Assembly (NCBI GenBank): GCA_965248835.1
Contig: CBDFLJ010000002.1
Span: 1,056,001 to 1,120,000, forward strand
DNA length: 64,000 bases
Direction: 5' to 3'
DNA from: Alphaproteobacteria bacterium
Lineage (GTDB): Bacteria; Pseudomonadota; Alphaproteobacteria; MPNO01
Below are positions 49,258-59,511 of this stretch, one piece after another. The notes under the pieces are model-generated. The model ran no database searches, had not been told where the DNA came from, and was given only the letters and a program-made list of their open reading frames with translations. The translations under genes and the position numbers were made by a program. Numbering within the stretch: position 1 is the stretch's first letter; every line of letters starts with the position of its first letter.

Positions 49258-50165
49258 CTGGCGAGCCGCCGGCGCAGCACGGCGATGCGGCCCTGGATGC
49301 CGTCGGGCGCACCGAGCACGAACCCGACCAGAAGCGCGCCCAGGATGATCATGTAGACCTCCGGCCAGTTCGCCCATAGCAGCTCCTGCAGCAGCACCAG
49401 AAAGCAGGCGCCGTACAGAGGGCCCGGCACGTCGTCGCCGCCGCCGATGATGGCGATCGAGACGATGGTGAACGAAGTGATCGGGTTGAAGACGTCGAGC
49501 GGCTCGAAATAAGTCGTGCGCACCACCATTACCGAGCCGACCATGCCGGGGATGATCGCCGAGAGCGCGAAGGCGAACACTTTGAAGCGGCCGACATTGA
49601 TGCCAAGGGTCTCGGCCGCCTCTTCGTTCTCGCGGATCGCGCGCAGGCCCGCGCCGAAGCGCGAGCGCCGGACAAGGTAGGTGATCACCATCGAGGCGGC
49701 GGCGAGCCCGAGGATCACGTGGAACAGCTCATCGAGGCCGGGCGCGCCGAACAGCAGACGGCCGAATTTACCGAGCGCCGCCTCGGTGTTGATGACGATG
49801 AATTTGACCAGTTCCGCCAGCCCGAACGTCAGGATCACGAAATAGGGGCCGCGCACCCGCAGGCACGGGTAGCCGACCAGGAGCGCGATCAGTCCGGTCG
49901 ACAATCCGGCCAGGACGACGGCGAGCCAGAAGGGCAGGGTTCCGAAGCACAGGACCATCACGTAAGCGCCGGCCCCGAAGAAGACCGCATGGCCGAGCGA
50001 GATGTAGCCGGTCATCGCCGACAGCACGACCCAGCTCTGGGTAAGCGCGATCCACATCAGCAGCGAGAGTGCGACGCCCAGGAAGTAGTCGCCGGTGTAG
50101 AGCGGCAAGCTCGCCAGGACCGCCACGGCGGCGGCCAGGCCGATCGCCGGGCGCAGCGCGCTCAC
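49254..50165 (-). CDS. LIV-type ABC permease (LivM-like)
   Basis: GYISLGHAVFFGAGAY, LRVRGPYF, GLRAIRENEEAA, PDGI. Confidence 0.9.
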   Translation of the reverse strand: MSALRPAIGLAAAVAVLASLPLYTGDYFLGVALSLLMWIALTQSWVVLSAMTGYISLGHAVFFGAGAYVMVLCFGTLPFWLAVVLAGLSTGLIALLVGYPCLRVRGPYFVILTFGLAELVKFIVINTEAALGKFGRLLFGAPGLDELFHVILGLAAASMVITYLVRRSRFGAGLRAIRENEEAAETLGINVGRFKVFAFALSAIIPGMVGSVMVVRTTYFEPLDVFNPITSFTIVSIAIIGGGDDVPGPLYGACFLVLLQELLWANWPEVYMIILGALLVGFVLGAPDGIQGRIAVLRRRLAR

Positions 50166-51052
50166 CGCGTTGCCCTTGCGCCGCCGAACAGCCCGCGCGG
50201 CCGCCAGACCAGGACGCCGATGAAAACGCCGTAGATCAGGATCGAGCGCATGCTGGTCGAGGTCAGCGCGACGCCGTAGATCTCTATCACCGCCAGCAGG
50301 GCCGCGCCGGCGAGCCCGCCCATCAGGTTGCCGAGCCCGCCCAGGATGATCACGACGAACGCGGCGATGGTGAACGGGAAGCCCATGAAGGGCGAGACCT
50401 GCTCCAGCATGCTGATCAGGCAGCCGGCGAGCCCGGCGATGCCAAAGCCGAGCGAGAAGCTGATCATGCGCACCCGCTCGACATTGATGCCGACCAGCAT
50501 GGCCGCGTCGGGCTGCTGGATCAGCGCGCGGATCGCAAGCCCGGTGGTCGACATCCGGAAAAAGGCGACGCAGGCGAAGCAGACCGCGAGCCCGATTGCC
50601 AGCACGACCAGCCGGTCGGCAGTCACCTGGAAGCCGCCGATGCGAATGATCTGGTCGAGATAGGGATAGGCCCGCGCGGTCGCGGTGAACGACAGCGCGA
50701 CGACGTTCTGCAGGATGATCGAGACACCGAACAGCACCAACAGGGAGTTCGCCTCGATCTGCTCGATCAATTTGGACGAGGCGAGCACCCGGCGGCACAG
50801 CGTGCGGTAGACGAACGCACCGAACGCACCGGCAAGGATGAGCGCCGCCACCATCGAATAGACCGGCCCGACCCCGGTCAGGGTGAACGACCAGTAGCCG
50901 AGATAGCCGCCCAGCATCAGGATCTCGCCGTGGGCGACATTGAGCAGCCGCATGGTGCCGTAGATCAAGTTCAGCCCGAGCGCCACCAACCCGTAGATCG
51001 CGGCGAGCACCAGCGCCGCGATCAGGAGCTGGCCGGAAAGAATGTCAGCCAT
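50162..51052 (-). CDS. LIV-type ABC permease (LivH-like)
   Basis: YGLVALGLNLIYG, NVAHG, GLAIRA, ILGGLG, RPRGLFG. Confidence 0.9.
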   Translation of the reverse strand: MADILSGQLLIAALVLAAIYGLVALGLNLIYGTMRLLNVAHGEILMLGGYLGYWSFTLTGVGPVYSMVAALILAGAFGAFVYRTLCRRVLASSKLIEQIEANSLLVLFGVSIILQNVVALSFTATARAYPYLDQIIRIGGFQVTADRLVVLAIGLAVCFACVAFFRMSTTGLAIRALIQQPDAAMLVGINVERVRMISFSLGFGIAGLAGCLISMLEQVSPFMGFPFTIAAFVVIILGGLGNLMGGLAGAALLAVIEIYGVALTSTSMRSILIYGVFIGVLVWRPRGLFGGARATR

Positions 51053-51120
51053 CGCTGGCACCGGGCAGTGGACGACGCCCCATCCCGCGGGGCTGCGGGA
51101 CCGGGCGTGCCGGCTGGTGT

Positions 51121-52299
51121 CTACTTCCAGGCCGGCTTGGCGATCACGCTGGCGGTCGCCTGATCGGGCGGCCAGACTATGTGCTGTTTCTGGTCCTGGA
51201 TCTGAGAGATCATCGTCGGCAACAACACGTTCTGGACGCCTTCGAATCTGGCCGGGCCGTTGATGGTCTGGAAGGTCATGGTCGAGATGGCTTTGCGCAG
51301 CTTGTCCTTGTCGGTGCCGGCAATCGCCACGGCCTGCTCGAGGATCTCGACCGAGATGTAGGCAAGCGGCGCATCAAGGAAGTCGGGATCGGTCTTCCAG
51401 CGCGCCTTGAAGGCATCGGCGAAAGTCTTCGCGGTCGGCCAGTCGGTCCTGAGCGGCGTCCAATGGCCCATGGTCAGGATCCCGTTGCGCGCCGGCCCGA
51501 AGATCTTGGCGAAGAAGTCGTATTGCGGGCCAAGCAGCACGACCTGAGTGCCGGCATTGAGCCCGACCTCGCGCGCGCCCTTGACGTAGAGCACCGCATC
51601 CGCCGGGTATGTATAGGCGAGAACGGCATCGGGCTTGGCGTTTCTGATCTTGTTGAGCAGCGGCGTCAGGTCCTTGACGTTGGGCGGGTAGTCCTCGTTC
51701 ACCAAAAGCTTGATGCCGACGCTCTTGAGCGCGGGAATGACGAACTTCTTGTTCTCCTGGGTGTAGGGAAGCTGGTTGGTGATCAGCGCGGCCGAGCCGA
51801 TCCCTCGGGCCTTCAGGAGCTTGGCAAGCGCGATCGACTGCTTGTCCGGAAACAGCGAGGTCGGGAACCAGATGTTGCCCGCCTTCAGGTCACGGAGCTG
51901 GACGGAGGCCGCGGTGTTGCCGACCACCGGGAACCGATAGCGCTCGATGACGCCGGCGATCGCGAAATGGAGCGAGGTCCCCCAGGGTGAGAGCAGGAGG
52001 TCGACCTTGTCGTCGGTGATCAGCTTCTCGTAGATCTGGACCGTCTTGCCCGAGCTCGACTGGTCGTCATAGGTGACGAATTCGATCATCCGCTTGATAC
52101 CGGCGACGTTCAGCCCGCCGCGCGCATTGACCTGTTCGCGCCACAGCTCATAGACCTGAATCTGCGAGGTCGCGGCCTGGGCGAAGATCCCGGTCTTGGA
52201 GTGGGAAAAGCCGATCCTGATCGGGTCCGCGGCCATGGTTGCGGTCGCCGCCAGCGCCACCGCCGCGCCGGCCGCGGCTGAAAGAAAGCGTTTGAGCAT
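51121..52299 (-). CDS. LIV-type ABC substrate-binding protein (aromatic-ligand subfamily-like)
   Basis: Signal peptide; PIRIGFS, VNARGGL, YDDQS, YEKLITDDKVDLLL, QIQD...VWP. Confidence 0.9.
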   Translation of the reverse strand: MLKRFLSAAAGAAVALAATATMAADPIRIGFSHSKTGIFAQAATSQIQVYELWREQVNARGGLNVAGIKRMIEFVTYDDQSSSGKTVQIYEKLITDDKVDLLLSPWGTSLHFAIAGVIERYRFPVVGNTAASVQLRDLKAGNIWFPTSLFPDKQSIALAKLLKARGIGSAALITNQLPYTQENKKFVIPALKSVGIKLLVNEDYPPNVKDLTPLLNKIRNAKPDAVLAYTYPADAVLYVKGAREVGLNAGTQVVLLGPQYDFFAKIFGPARNGILTMGHWTPLRTDWPTAKTFADAFKARWKTDPDFLDAPLAYISVEILEQAVAIAGTDKDKLRKAISTMTFQTINGPARFEGVQNVLLPTMISQIQDQKQHIVWPPDQATASVIAKPAWK

Positions 52300-52506
52300 C
52301 CTTGCCTCCCGACTCACTTGTCACCCGCCATGCGCGCTGCGCGGGCCGTATGGTCAAAATCATGACGGAGTTGCAAACCCGCGTAAACCTGTCCGGGCAT
52401 TGCCTTGAAATGTTTGCAGTTAAAGTCGGTTTGTTTGACCGGCCCGGTTCCGGAGCAGAGCGCAAGCGCGCGGAACCGGCCGCTGCGGCGGCTCAATTCT
52501 CCCCGG

Positions 52507-53574
52507 TCACCCCAGCCTCGGGCCCGGGTCGCGGATGAGCTGCATGGTGTTGCAGCGGATGCCGCCGCCGTATTTGTGGACCTCGTCGTAGGGGATCGGG
52601 ATGACCTCGACGCCCCTTTCCTCCAACAGCGCGCGGGTCCTGGTCGCGCTTGCGTTCATGATCACCCGGCGCGGCGCCACGGTGATGCCGTTGGTGGGGT
52701 AGAGGTCGATCTCCTCGCGCGGGGCCTCGATCAGCTCGTATCCCATCGCGTGCAGATCGCGGATGGTCTGGTAGTCGCACCACGGCGGGTAAATGAGGGC
52801 GAGGCGCACGTCGAGCGGCATGATCCACATGTCGGCGTGCATCCAGCCCGGCACCTCGTGATGGTAGTCGTAGAGCGGGCCGGGGCTGTGGGCGATCAGG
52901 ACGTGCGCATAGCCCGCGCGCTCGAGCACCGGGACCACCTGGTCCGCACCCTCACGGTTGCAGTCGGTGGACAGCATCAGCACGATGAAGTCATCGGCCA
53001 TCCGGACCGAAGCGCCGATCTCGCACACCCCGGTGCCGTGCACGGTATAGAGGATCGGGCAGCCGAGATCGCTGAGCGCCTTCGCGACATAGCGCGAACG
53101 GCCGCGCCAATAGGGTGTGGCCTCGCGCGGAATGATCGCTCCGCCGTTGATCACGAACCCGGCCGCGGCCGAGATCGACCGCTTCATCGGCCCGTAGGCC
53201 GCCATCGGCGGGTCGTCGGCCCAGCGGATCTCGTGCACCGTAATGCCGAGCGCCTCATAGGCCTTCATCAGCCCGGCATGCTGCTCCTGCATGAGCGCAA
53301 GATCCGGCGTTATACCGTTGAAAACGAAGAACGAAGAGTCCTGCTCGTAGAGCGCCAGCACCTCGGCTTCGGTGGGCTTGACCATGGCCACCTCGCGCAG
53401 CCGCCCGATGCCTTGGGCGCCCCAGGGCTTGCCCCATATGCGCTCCAGCTCGTCGAGGTAGGAGATTTCGGCATGGTAGCGCTGGTATTGCGGGACCTTG
53501 CCTTCCTCGTAATACGGGAAATCCGCGAAGGCTTCGGCGACCGAAGGATTCTGCTTGCCGTCCCCGTCGTTCAT
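52507..53574 (-). CDS. Pentein superfamily enzyme (amidinotransferase/DDAH/arginine deiminase-like)
   Basis: GRLREVAM, QH..L..AY...G, MHAD, TNG..VAP, GGGIRCNT catalytic Cys. Confidence 0.85.
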   Translation of the reverse strand: MNDGDGKQNPSVAEAFADFPYYEEGKVPQYQRYHAEISYLDELERIWGKPWGAQGIGRLREVAMVKPTEAEVLALYEQDSSFFVFNGITPDLALMQEQHAGLMKAYEALGITVHEIRWADDPPMAAYGPMKRSISAAAGFVINGGAIIPREATPYWRGRSRYVAKALSDLGCPILYTVHGTGVCEIGASVRMADDFIVLMLSTDCNREGADQVVPVLERAGYAHVLIAHSPGPLYDYHHEVPGWMHADMWIMPLDVRLALIYPPWCDYQTIRDLHAMGYELIEAPREEIDLYPTNGITVAPRRVIMNASATRTRALLEERGVEVIPIPYDEVHKYGGGIRCNTMQLIRDPGPRLG

Positions 53575-54635
53575 CGCGGAACGCGCGGCACCGCCATCTT
53601 GGGGTCGGCGAACCGGCCTTTGTCCAGGATCAGGTCGTTGTCGAGCATGATCGAGCAGTCGCGCATCGGCACGTCGTAGTGGCCCTTGGTGGTCCGCTTT
53701 CCGCCGCCTTGGGAGTTCGGTCCCGTCGAGAACAGGAAATTGCCGGCAAACGTCCGCAGCGCCGCGTTGCTGCGGTCGGGATCATCGCCGTACAGCGCGA
53801 CGTTGTCCCAGCGTGACTGCGGGTTGAGGCCCCAGCCGAGATGGGAAATCGCGTGCCCGTCCATGTCGTCCGGCGCGGCGCGGTTGTCCTCGAGCCAGGA
53901 GTCCAACAGCTTGGCATCGAGCCCGCCCTCGATCTTGCGGATGAACCCGTCGCGCACCTCGAGCCGGATTTCGTCGGTGACGTAGCGGTTATAGGGCAGT
54001 ACCACGAAGTCGCCGGGGCTGATCACCACGGTGCCGTTGGCCGAGCCTTCGTTGGGGAAGGTGTGGACGTGGCCGCCGCCCCAATGGTCGAACCGGCCGG
54101 GCTCCTCGGCGAAGCCGTACTGGATCATCACAGGGTACTCGCCGAGCTCGACCGTGAGGTCCATGCCCGCCTCGTTGAACATCCTCATGGTCCTGGCCTC
54201 TTCGAGCCGCTTGCCCGAATGGACCACCGCGTCCTTGAGCCCCGGCGGCGCCATCGCCTGTTCGAGGTCGTCGGGGTGATCGATCACCATCAGGACGCGG
54301 GTGCCGGAATCGCGCACCTCCTTGAGCCATTTGGTGAACAGCGGGACATGCAGGCAGACCAGCATGTCGGCGGCGCACAGCGCCTCCAGCGTACCCTTGC
54401 AGGCGCCGACGGTGGCGACACCGACCTTGGTCCAACTCGGCACCGCGTTGACGCACATCTCGTAAGCATCGGCGCCCAATTCCTGGGCGGCCGCGAACGA
54501 GGCGGCCACGAAATCGCGGCGGGTCGCCAGATCGCTCAACAACGCGATCGTCTCGCCCGGCTGGACGTTGCACAGCTTGAACTCTTCGCGGAACAGGCCG
54601 GCCAGCTTCGCCGGGTTCATCGATTGCGCGCGCAT
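53571..54635 (-). CDS. NicX/PicD-like 2,5-dihydroxypyridine dioxygenase homolog (aminopeptidase-T fold)
   Basis: YGFAEEPGRFDHW, PNE, ISHLGWG, GNFLFSTGPN, GHYDVP (His/His/Asp iron ligands). Confidence 0.82.
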   Translation of the reverse strand: MRAQSMNPAKLAGLFREEFKLCNVQPGETIALLSDLATRRDFVAASFAAAQELGADAYEMCVNAVPSWTKVGVATVGACKGTLEALCAADMLVCLHVPLFTKWLKEVRDSGTRVLMVIDHPDDLEQAMAPPGLKDAVVHSGKRLEEARTMRMFNEAGMDLTVELGEYPVMIQYGFAEEPGRFDHWGGGHVHTFPNEGSANGTVVISPGDFVVLPYNRYVTDEIRLEVRDGFIRKIEGGLDAKLLDSWLEDNRAAPDDMDGHAISHLGWGLNPQSRWDNVALYGDDPDRSNAALRTFAGNFLFSTGPNSQGGGKRTTKGHYDVPMRDCSIMLDNDLILDKGRFADPKMAVPRVPR

Positions 54636-54850
54636 GACCCTGGTCTCCCGAATGTCCGGTTCGCGCCGAGCCTCACATGACCGCCCGGACCCGTCAACAG
54701 GTCCGGCGGCCGGCGGGCGCGGCGGCGTCTGTCCGCCAGGCTGGGCCGAACGGTCGATTTCGATGGACATGGAACCTTGCGGATTGCACGATCTGCAGCC
54801 AACCGGATGGGTCGCAACGGGAACCACGGGCAAACGACGGGAGCTTGACG

Positions 54851-55915
54851 ATGAAACACCAGATACCGGTCTTCGATGGCGACGGTCACGTACTGGAGAC
54901 CGATGCCGGGTTGACTCCGTATTACGAGGGCAGGTGGCAGGGCAACCGGCGGCTCGACGGATTGACGATCTTCCCCAGCCTCGACGGCTGGTCTCGCAGC
55001 ACCATCGTCCATGAGGGCGACGAGGGCCGGAAATACTGGTCGACCGACGCCGAGATCTGGTCCGAGATCCTCGACAAGGTCGGGCTCGAGGGCAGCGTGC
55101 TCTACCCGACCGCCGGGCTCGCCTTCGGGCTGATGCAGTCCGAGGAATTCCAGACCGCGACCTGCATCGCCTACAACAACTGGATGGAGGCGGAATACAC
55201 CAAGCGGGACGGCAGGCTCTACGGTGTCGGCATGACCCCCTACAACGACGTTCCCACGGCGGTGAAGGAAGTCGCCCGCTGCAAGAACGAGCGCAAGAAC
55301 ATCGTCGCGATGCTGCTGCCTTCGGTCACGGTCAACGGCAAGCATTTCGGCGACGAGTCCTACTGGCCGATCTACGAGGAGGCCGAGCGCCAGAACATGC
55401 CGCTGGTCTTCCACGGCGCGCCGAGCCGCGGCTTCGGGCTCGACAACCTCAAGCCGTTCCTCAAGGTCCATACCCTCGAACACCCGGTGCCGCTGATGAT
55501 CCAGCTCACCGACATGATGTTCTCCGGCGTCTTCGAAACCTTCCCCAAGCTCAAGTTCGCCTTCCTCGAGGGCGGCTGCGCATGGGTGACGTTCATGATG
55601 GACCGGCTGGACTACGAGTATAATTCGGTCTTCGGCGCGCCGGTCCGGCCGAAGCTGAAGAAAAAGCCCTCGGAGATCTTCCGCGACACCGAGAGCATCT
55701 GGGTGTCCTGCGAGATGGGCGAGAACAGCCTGAAATACGTGGTCGACGCGGTCGGTCCGGACCGGATCATCTATGCCTCGGACTTCCCGCACGAGCCGAC
55801 CGAGGACGACCTGACGGCGGACGTGCCGGATTTCCTGGCCAACAACGAGTATTCGATGGAGGTCAAGGAGAAGGTCCTCTACCACAACACCAAGGCGCTC
55901 TATAACATCCAGTAG
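54851..55915 (+). CDS. Amidohydrolase_2 family protein
   Basis: FDGDGHV, VLYPT, AYNNW, FHG, FLEGGCAW, YASDFPH. Confidence 0.9.
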   Translation: MKHQIPVFDGDGHVLETDAGLTPYYEGRWQGNRRLDGLTIFPSLDGWSRSTIVHEGDEGRKYWSTDAEIWSEILDKVGLEGSVLYPTAGLAFGLMQSEEFQTATCIAYNNWMEAEYTKRDGRLYGVGMTPYNDVPTAVKEVARCKNERKNIVAMLLPSVTVNGKHFGDESYWPIYEEAERQNMPLVFHGAPSRGFGLDNLKPFLKVHTLEHPVPLMIQLTDMMFSGVFETFPKLKFAFLEGGCAWVTFMMDRLDYEYNSVFGAPVRPKLKKKPSEIFRDTESIWVSCEMGENSLKYVVDAVGPDRIIYASDFPHEPTEDDLTADVPDFLANNEYSMEVKEKVLYHNTKALYNIQ

Positions 55916-55935
55916 GGCGCAGTCGGTTTCCGCAT

Positions 55936-55963
55936 CGGGCGCGGCCTCGCGCGGCCGCGCCCG
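55936..55963. other. Intergenic GC hairpin (possible stabiliser or attenuator)
   Basis: CGGGCGCGGCC-TCGCGC-GGCCGCGCCCG, 11-bp perfect stem, no U-tract. Confidence 0.5.
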
Positions 55964-55985
55964 TCCCAGTTCGGAGGGAGCGCCG

Positions 55986-56954
55986 ATGCAGACGATCCCG
56001 GTTATCGACATCGCCCCCTTTCTCGACGGCGATGGGGCCGGCAAGCACGCGGTCGCGGCCGAGATCGCCGCGGCGTGCGAACATTCCGGCTTTTTCTGTA
56101 TAACCGGACACGGGATCGATCCCGATCTGATCGCCCGCACCCGCCAGGCCGCGGTGGGTTTCTTCGCTCTGTCCGAAGACGAGAAGCGGCGGATCCTGCG
56201 GCCCGAGGATCGGGTCGGGCGCGGCTATTATCCCTTCGCCGACCGCTCGCTCGCCTACACGCTGGGGGTCGAGACCCCACCCGACCTTCAGGAAGCCTAC
56301 GCGATGGGGCCGCCGGACGTTCCCGACGAGCCCTATTATCAGGGGCCGGTCGCGGAATACTTCTTCGCCCGAAACCGCTACCCGGACCGCCCGGAGGCCT
56401 TCCGCGAGGCCGTGGAAACCTATTTTCGGAGCCTGTGCGCGCTGGCCGGCCGGCTGATGGGCGCGATGGCGCTCTCGCTCGGGCGGGGTGAGGACTTCTT
56501 TGCCGACAAGATCGACCGGCCGGCCTGCGTGCTGCGGCTGATCCGCTACCCCGGCCAGAGCGAGGCGCCGGCCGAGCGCCAGTTGCGCGCAGGCGCCCAC
56601 TCCGACTACGGCACGCTGACGGTGCTGCGCGGCGACGACGTGCCAGGGACGCTCCAGGTCAAGCTGCCGCGCCGCGGCTGGACCGACATCCGCCCGCCGC
56701 CCGACGGGTTCGTGTGCAATCTCGGCGACGCGATGGCGCGCTGGACCGGCGGGCGCTGGGCCTCGACGCTCCACCGGGTCGCCAACCCGCCGCGCGAGGC
56801 CGCCGGGCAGGATCGGATCTCGCTGGTCTTCTTCCATCAGCCGAACTACGACGCGATGCTGAACGGTCTGTGCGGCGATACGGGCGAAGCGGTCAGCCTC
56901 GCCGATCATTATATCGACAAGATCCACAAGGCGGCCGGCCGGCGGGCGTCCTGA
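55986..56954 (+). CDS. Isopenicillin N synthase-family Fe(II)/2OG oxygenase
   Basis: IPVIDI, GFF.I.GHG, HSDYG.LT.L, NLGD, STLHRV, RISL.FF. Confidence 0.92.
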   Translation: MQTIPVIDIAPFLDGDGAGKHAVAAEIAAACEHSGFFCITGHGIDPDLIARTRQAAVGFFALSEDEKRRILRPEDRVGRGYYPFADRSLAYTLGVETPPDLQEAYAMGPPDVPDEPYYQGPVAEYFFARNRYPDRPEAFREAVETYFRSLCALAGRLMGAMALSLGRGEDFFADKIDRPACVLRLIRYPGQSEAPAERQLRAGAHSDYGTLTVLRGDDVPGTLQVKLPRRGWTDIRPPPDGFVCNLGDAMARWTGGRWASTLHRVANPPREAAGQDRISLVFFHQPNYDAMLNGLCGDTGEAVSLADHYIDKIHKAAGRRAS

Positions 56955-57249
56955 GCGCCCTGGGCGGCGACCAAGCTGCCTTTCTCACGTCGCCGCTGAT
57001 CTGGCTCGACGATGCAATAGGACCGGTCGAGGACCCGAAGGTTGCCGAACAACAGCTTCGAAAGTTCAGATATCACTGAAATTTATCTCTGCAAATAATT
57101 GATAAAAATAGAGAATACGAAATTTCTTTGAGTGTGCACATCTCTCGATACGAGGCGTAACCGGGCGGCGCTGGACGGCATGGGCGGTTCTGCCTAGGCT
57201 GGCCGACAGGGCCGTTCCATTTCGGCGGCCGCGCGCGGAAAAGCAGCCG

Positions 57250-58194
57250 ATGGATGGCTCGGAGCCGGATCGTCCGGCGGCGCAGAGCTCAGCGCTCCTG
57301 CGCTTCCTGACCTCCCCCTATGTCGCGGTGATCACGGCCATGCTGTTTTGGGCCTGCAGCACGGTCATCGTTCGCGGCGTGCGCGAATCCACCCCGCCGA
57401 TCGGCCTGTCGTTCTGGCGGACCTTGCTGGGCGCCGCGATCGTGCTGCCTTTCGTGTGGCGGCCGATGTTGCTGCAGATCGGCCTCATCAGGCGGCATAT
57501 CGGCATCATCCTGGTGCTGACATTCCTCCTGATCGTCGGCGGCAACGCGGTGCTGTTCGTCTCCCTCCAATACACGATCGCGATCAACGCCGGCGTGCTC
57601 AATTCCTTCGAGCCGGTGCTGATCCTGATCGTTGCATGGGCGGTGTTCCGCGACCGGGTCTCGATCTTCCAGGCGCTCGGGGTCGCGATCTCCCTGCTGG
57701 GCGTGATGGCGCTGCTCGGCAAGGGCGATACGGCGGTGCTTCTGGGCCTCGATTTCAATTTCGGCGATATCCTGGTGCTCGGCGCCTATACGAGCTGGGC
57801 GTTCTACGCGGTCTATCTGCGCAAGGCGCCGCGCGGGATCGAGCCCATGGTGATGCTGTTCCTGATCCTGTTCCTCGGCTCGGCGATGCTGCTGCCGCTC
57901 TATATTCTCGAGACGGTCTTCGACCGGCCGACGGTCGCCAACGGCGCCACGATCCTCAGCGTCGTGGTGCTCGCCGTGTTCTCCTCGGTGATCTCGATCT
58001 TCCTGTGGAACTACGGGCTCGGCCGGCTGGGCGCCGGGCGCGCTTCGATCTTCATCCACCTGATTGTGGTCTTCACGGTCATACTGGCGATCCTGTTTCT
58101 CGGCGAACGGTTCGAATGGTTCCATGCCGTGGGCGTGGTTCTGATCATGACCGGGATCTATCTGTCGACCATCCGCGGCAAGGCCGGCGTCTAG
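57250..58194 (+). CDS. DMT/EamA family transporter
   Basis: Ten hydrophobic segments, two EamA repeats, FLGE. Confidence 0.88.
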   Translation: MDGSEPDRPAAQSSALLRFLTSPYVAVITAMLFWACSTVIVRGVRESTPPIGLSFWRTLLGAAIVLPFVWRPMLLQIGLIRRHIGIILVLTFLLIVGGNAVLFVSLQYTIAINAGVLNSFEPVLILIVAWAVFRDRVSIFQALGVAISLLGVMALLGKGDTAVLLGLDFNFGDILVLGAYTSWAFYAVYLRKAPRGIEPMVMLFLILFLGSAMLLPLYILETVFDRPTVANGATILSVVVLAVFSSVISIFLWNYGLGRLGAGRASIFIHLIVVFTVILAILFLGERFEWFHAVGVVLIMTGIYLSTIRGKAGV

Positions 58195-58255
58195 GCCCGC
58201 CGCCAGGTCTGGAACCCGCCGCGATTATCGATAAGCTGGACTGAAGCCCGAAAAA

Positions 58256-58273
58256 TCCCGGACCGGTCCGGGA
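58256..58273. promoter_or_regulatory. Perfect 18-bp palindrome just upstream of the RBS (candidate operator)
   Basis: TCCCGGACCGGTCCGGGA, 2 nt before AGGAGG of the CoA transferase. Confidence 0.4.
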
Positions 58274-58286
58274 CCAGGAGGCCGCC

Positions 58287-59480
58287 ATGCCGCATATCCC
58301 CGCTTCGGATGCGTTGAAGCGCATCCGCGTCCTCGACCTTACGCGGGTGCGCTCGGGCCCGACCTGTGTGCGCCAGCTTGCCGACTGGGGCGCCGATGTG
58401 ATCCGGATCGAGACCCCGGCTGCCTTCGGCGACGACGGTGCGCTCGGCGCGCCGCGCGCCTCGGCCGACTTCCAGAACCTCAACCGCAACAAGCGCTCGT
58501 TGACGCTCGATCTCAAGCACCCCGACGGCCATGCGCTGTTCATGCGGCTGATCGGGATTGCCGACGTGGTGGTCGAGAATTTCCGCCCTGACGTCAAGGA
58601 CCGGCTGAAGATCGATTATGACGCCCTGGCGGCGGTCAACCCGGGGATCGTCTTGGCCAGCATCTCGGGGTTCGGCCAGGACGGCCCCTATGCGGCACGT
58701 GCCGGATTCGACCAGATCGCCCAGGGCATGGGCGGGCTGATGTCGATTACCGGCGAGCCGGGACGCGGACCCATGCGGGTCGGCATCCCGGTCGCGGACC
58801 TCACGGCCGGGCTGTTCTGCGCGCTCGGCATCCTGACCGCCCTGCTGGAGCGCGAGGCCTCCGGCAAGGGGCAGTGGGTCCAGACCTCGCTGCTCCAGGC
58901 CCAGGCGTTCATGCTCGACTTCCAGGCCGCGCGCTACCTGATCCAAGGCGAAGTGCCGGGCCAGGCGGGCAACGACCACCCGACATCGATCCCGACCGGG
59001 GTGTTTCGCACCGCCGACGGTCACATCAACATCGGCGTCTCGGGCCAGCGGATCTGGGCGCGGTTCTGCGCGGCGGTCGAGCATCCGGAGTGGGCGGACG
59101 ACCCGCGCTTCGAGACCGCGCCCAAGCGTTCGGAGAACCGCCATGCGCTCAACGCTCTGATCGACGAGGTCACCGAGGCCCGGCCGTCCGAGGGCTGGCT
59201 CGCGCTGTTCGCCGAGGCGGGCGTGCCGGCCGGCCCCATCAACGACATCGCACAGGTCTTCGCCGACCCCCAGGTCGCGCATCTCGGCATCGCCCAGCCG
59301 ATCGAGACCCATCCGTTCGGGCCGACCCGGATGCTGGGCCAGCCGATCACGTTGAGCCGGACGCCGAGCACGCTCGCGGCACCGGCGCCGGAATTGGGCG
59401 AGCATTCCGAGGAGATCCTGTCCGCGGCCGGGCTGGGCGCGGACGAGATCGCGCGGCTGCGCGGCGCGGGCGTAATCTGA
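58287..59480 (+). CDS. Class III CoA transferase (CaiB/BaiF)
   Basis: RVLDLT, LADWGADVIRIE, NRNKRSLTLDLK, ENFRP, SGFGQDGP, APELGEH. Confidence 0.93.
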   Translation: MPHIPASDALKRIRVLDLTRVRSGPTCVRQLADWGADVIRIETPAAFGDDGALGAPRASADFQNLNRNKRSLTLDLKHPDGHALFMRLIGIADVVVENFRPDVKDRLKIDYDALAAVNPGIVLASISGFGQDGPYAARAGFDQIAQGMGGLMSITGEPGRGPMRVGIPVADLTAGLFCALGILTALLEREASGKGQWVQTSLLQAQAFMLDFQAARYLIQGEVPGQAGNDHPTSIPTGVFRTADGHINIGVSGQRIWARFCAAVEHPEWADDPRFETAPKRSENRHALNALIDEVTEARPSEGWLALFAEAGVPAGPINDIAQVFADPQVAHLGIAQPIETHPFGPTRMLGQPITLSRTPSTLAAPAPELGEHSEEILSAAGLGADEIARLRGAGVI

Positions 59481-59511
59481 AGGGCAACAGGGCAGTCACG
59501 GGAGAGGCGGG

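Noticed and set aside
53571-54635. Leucyl aminopeptidase (aminopeptidase T)
   Set aside because: Same fold, but the PGRFDHW, SHLGWG, FLFSTGPN and HYD motifs match NicX-type dioxygenases
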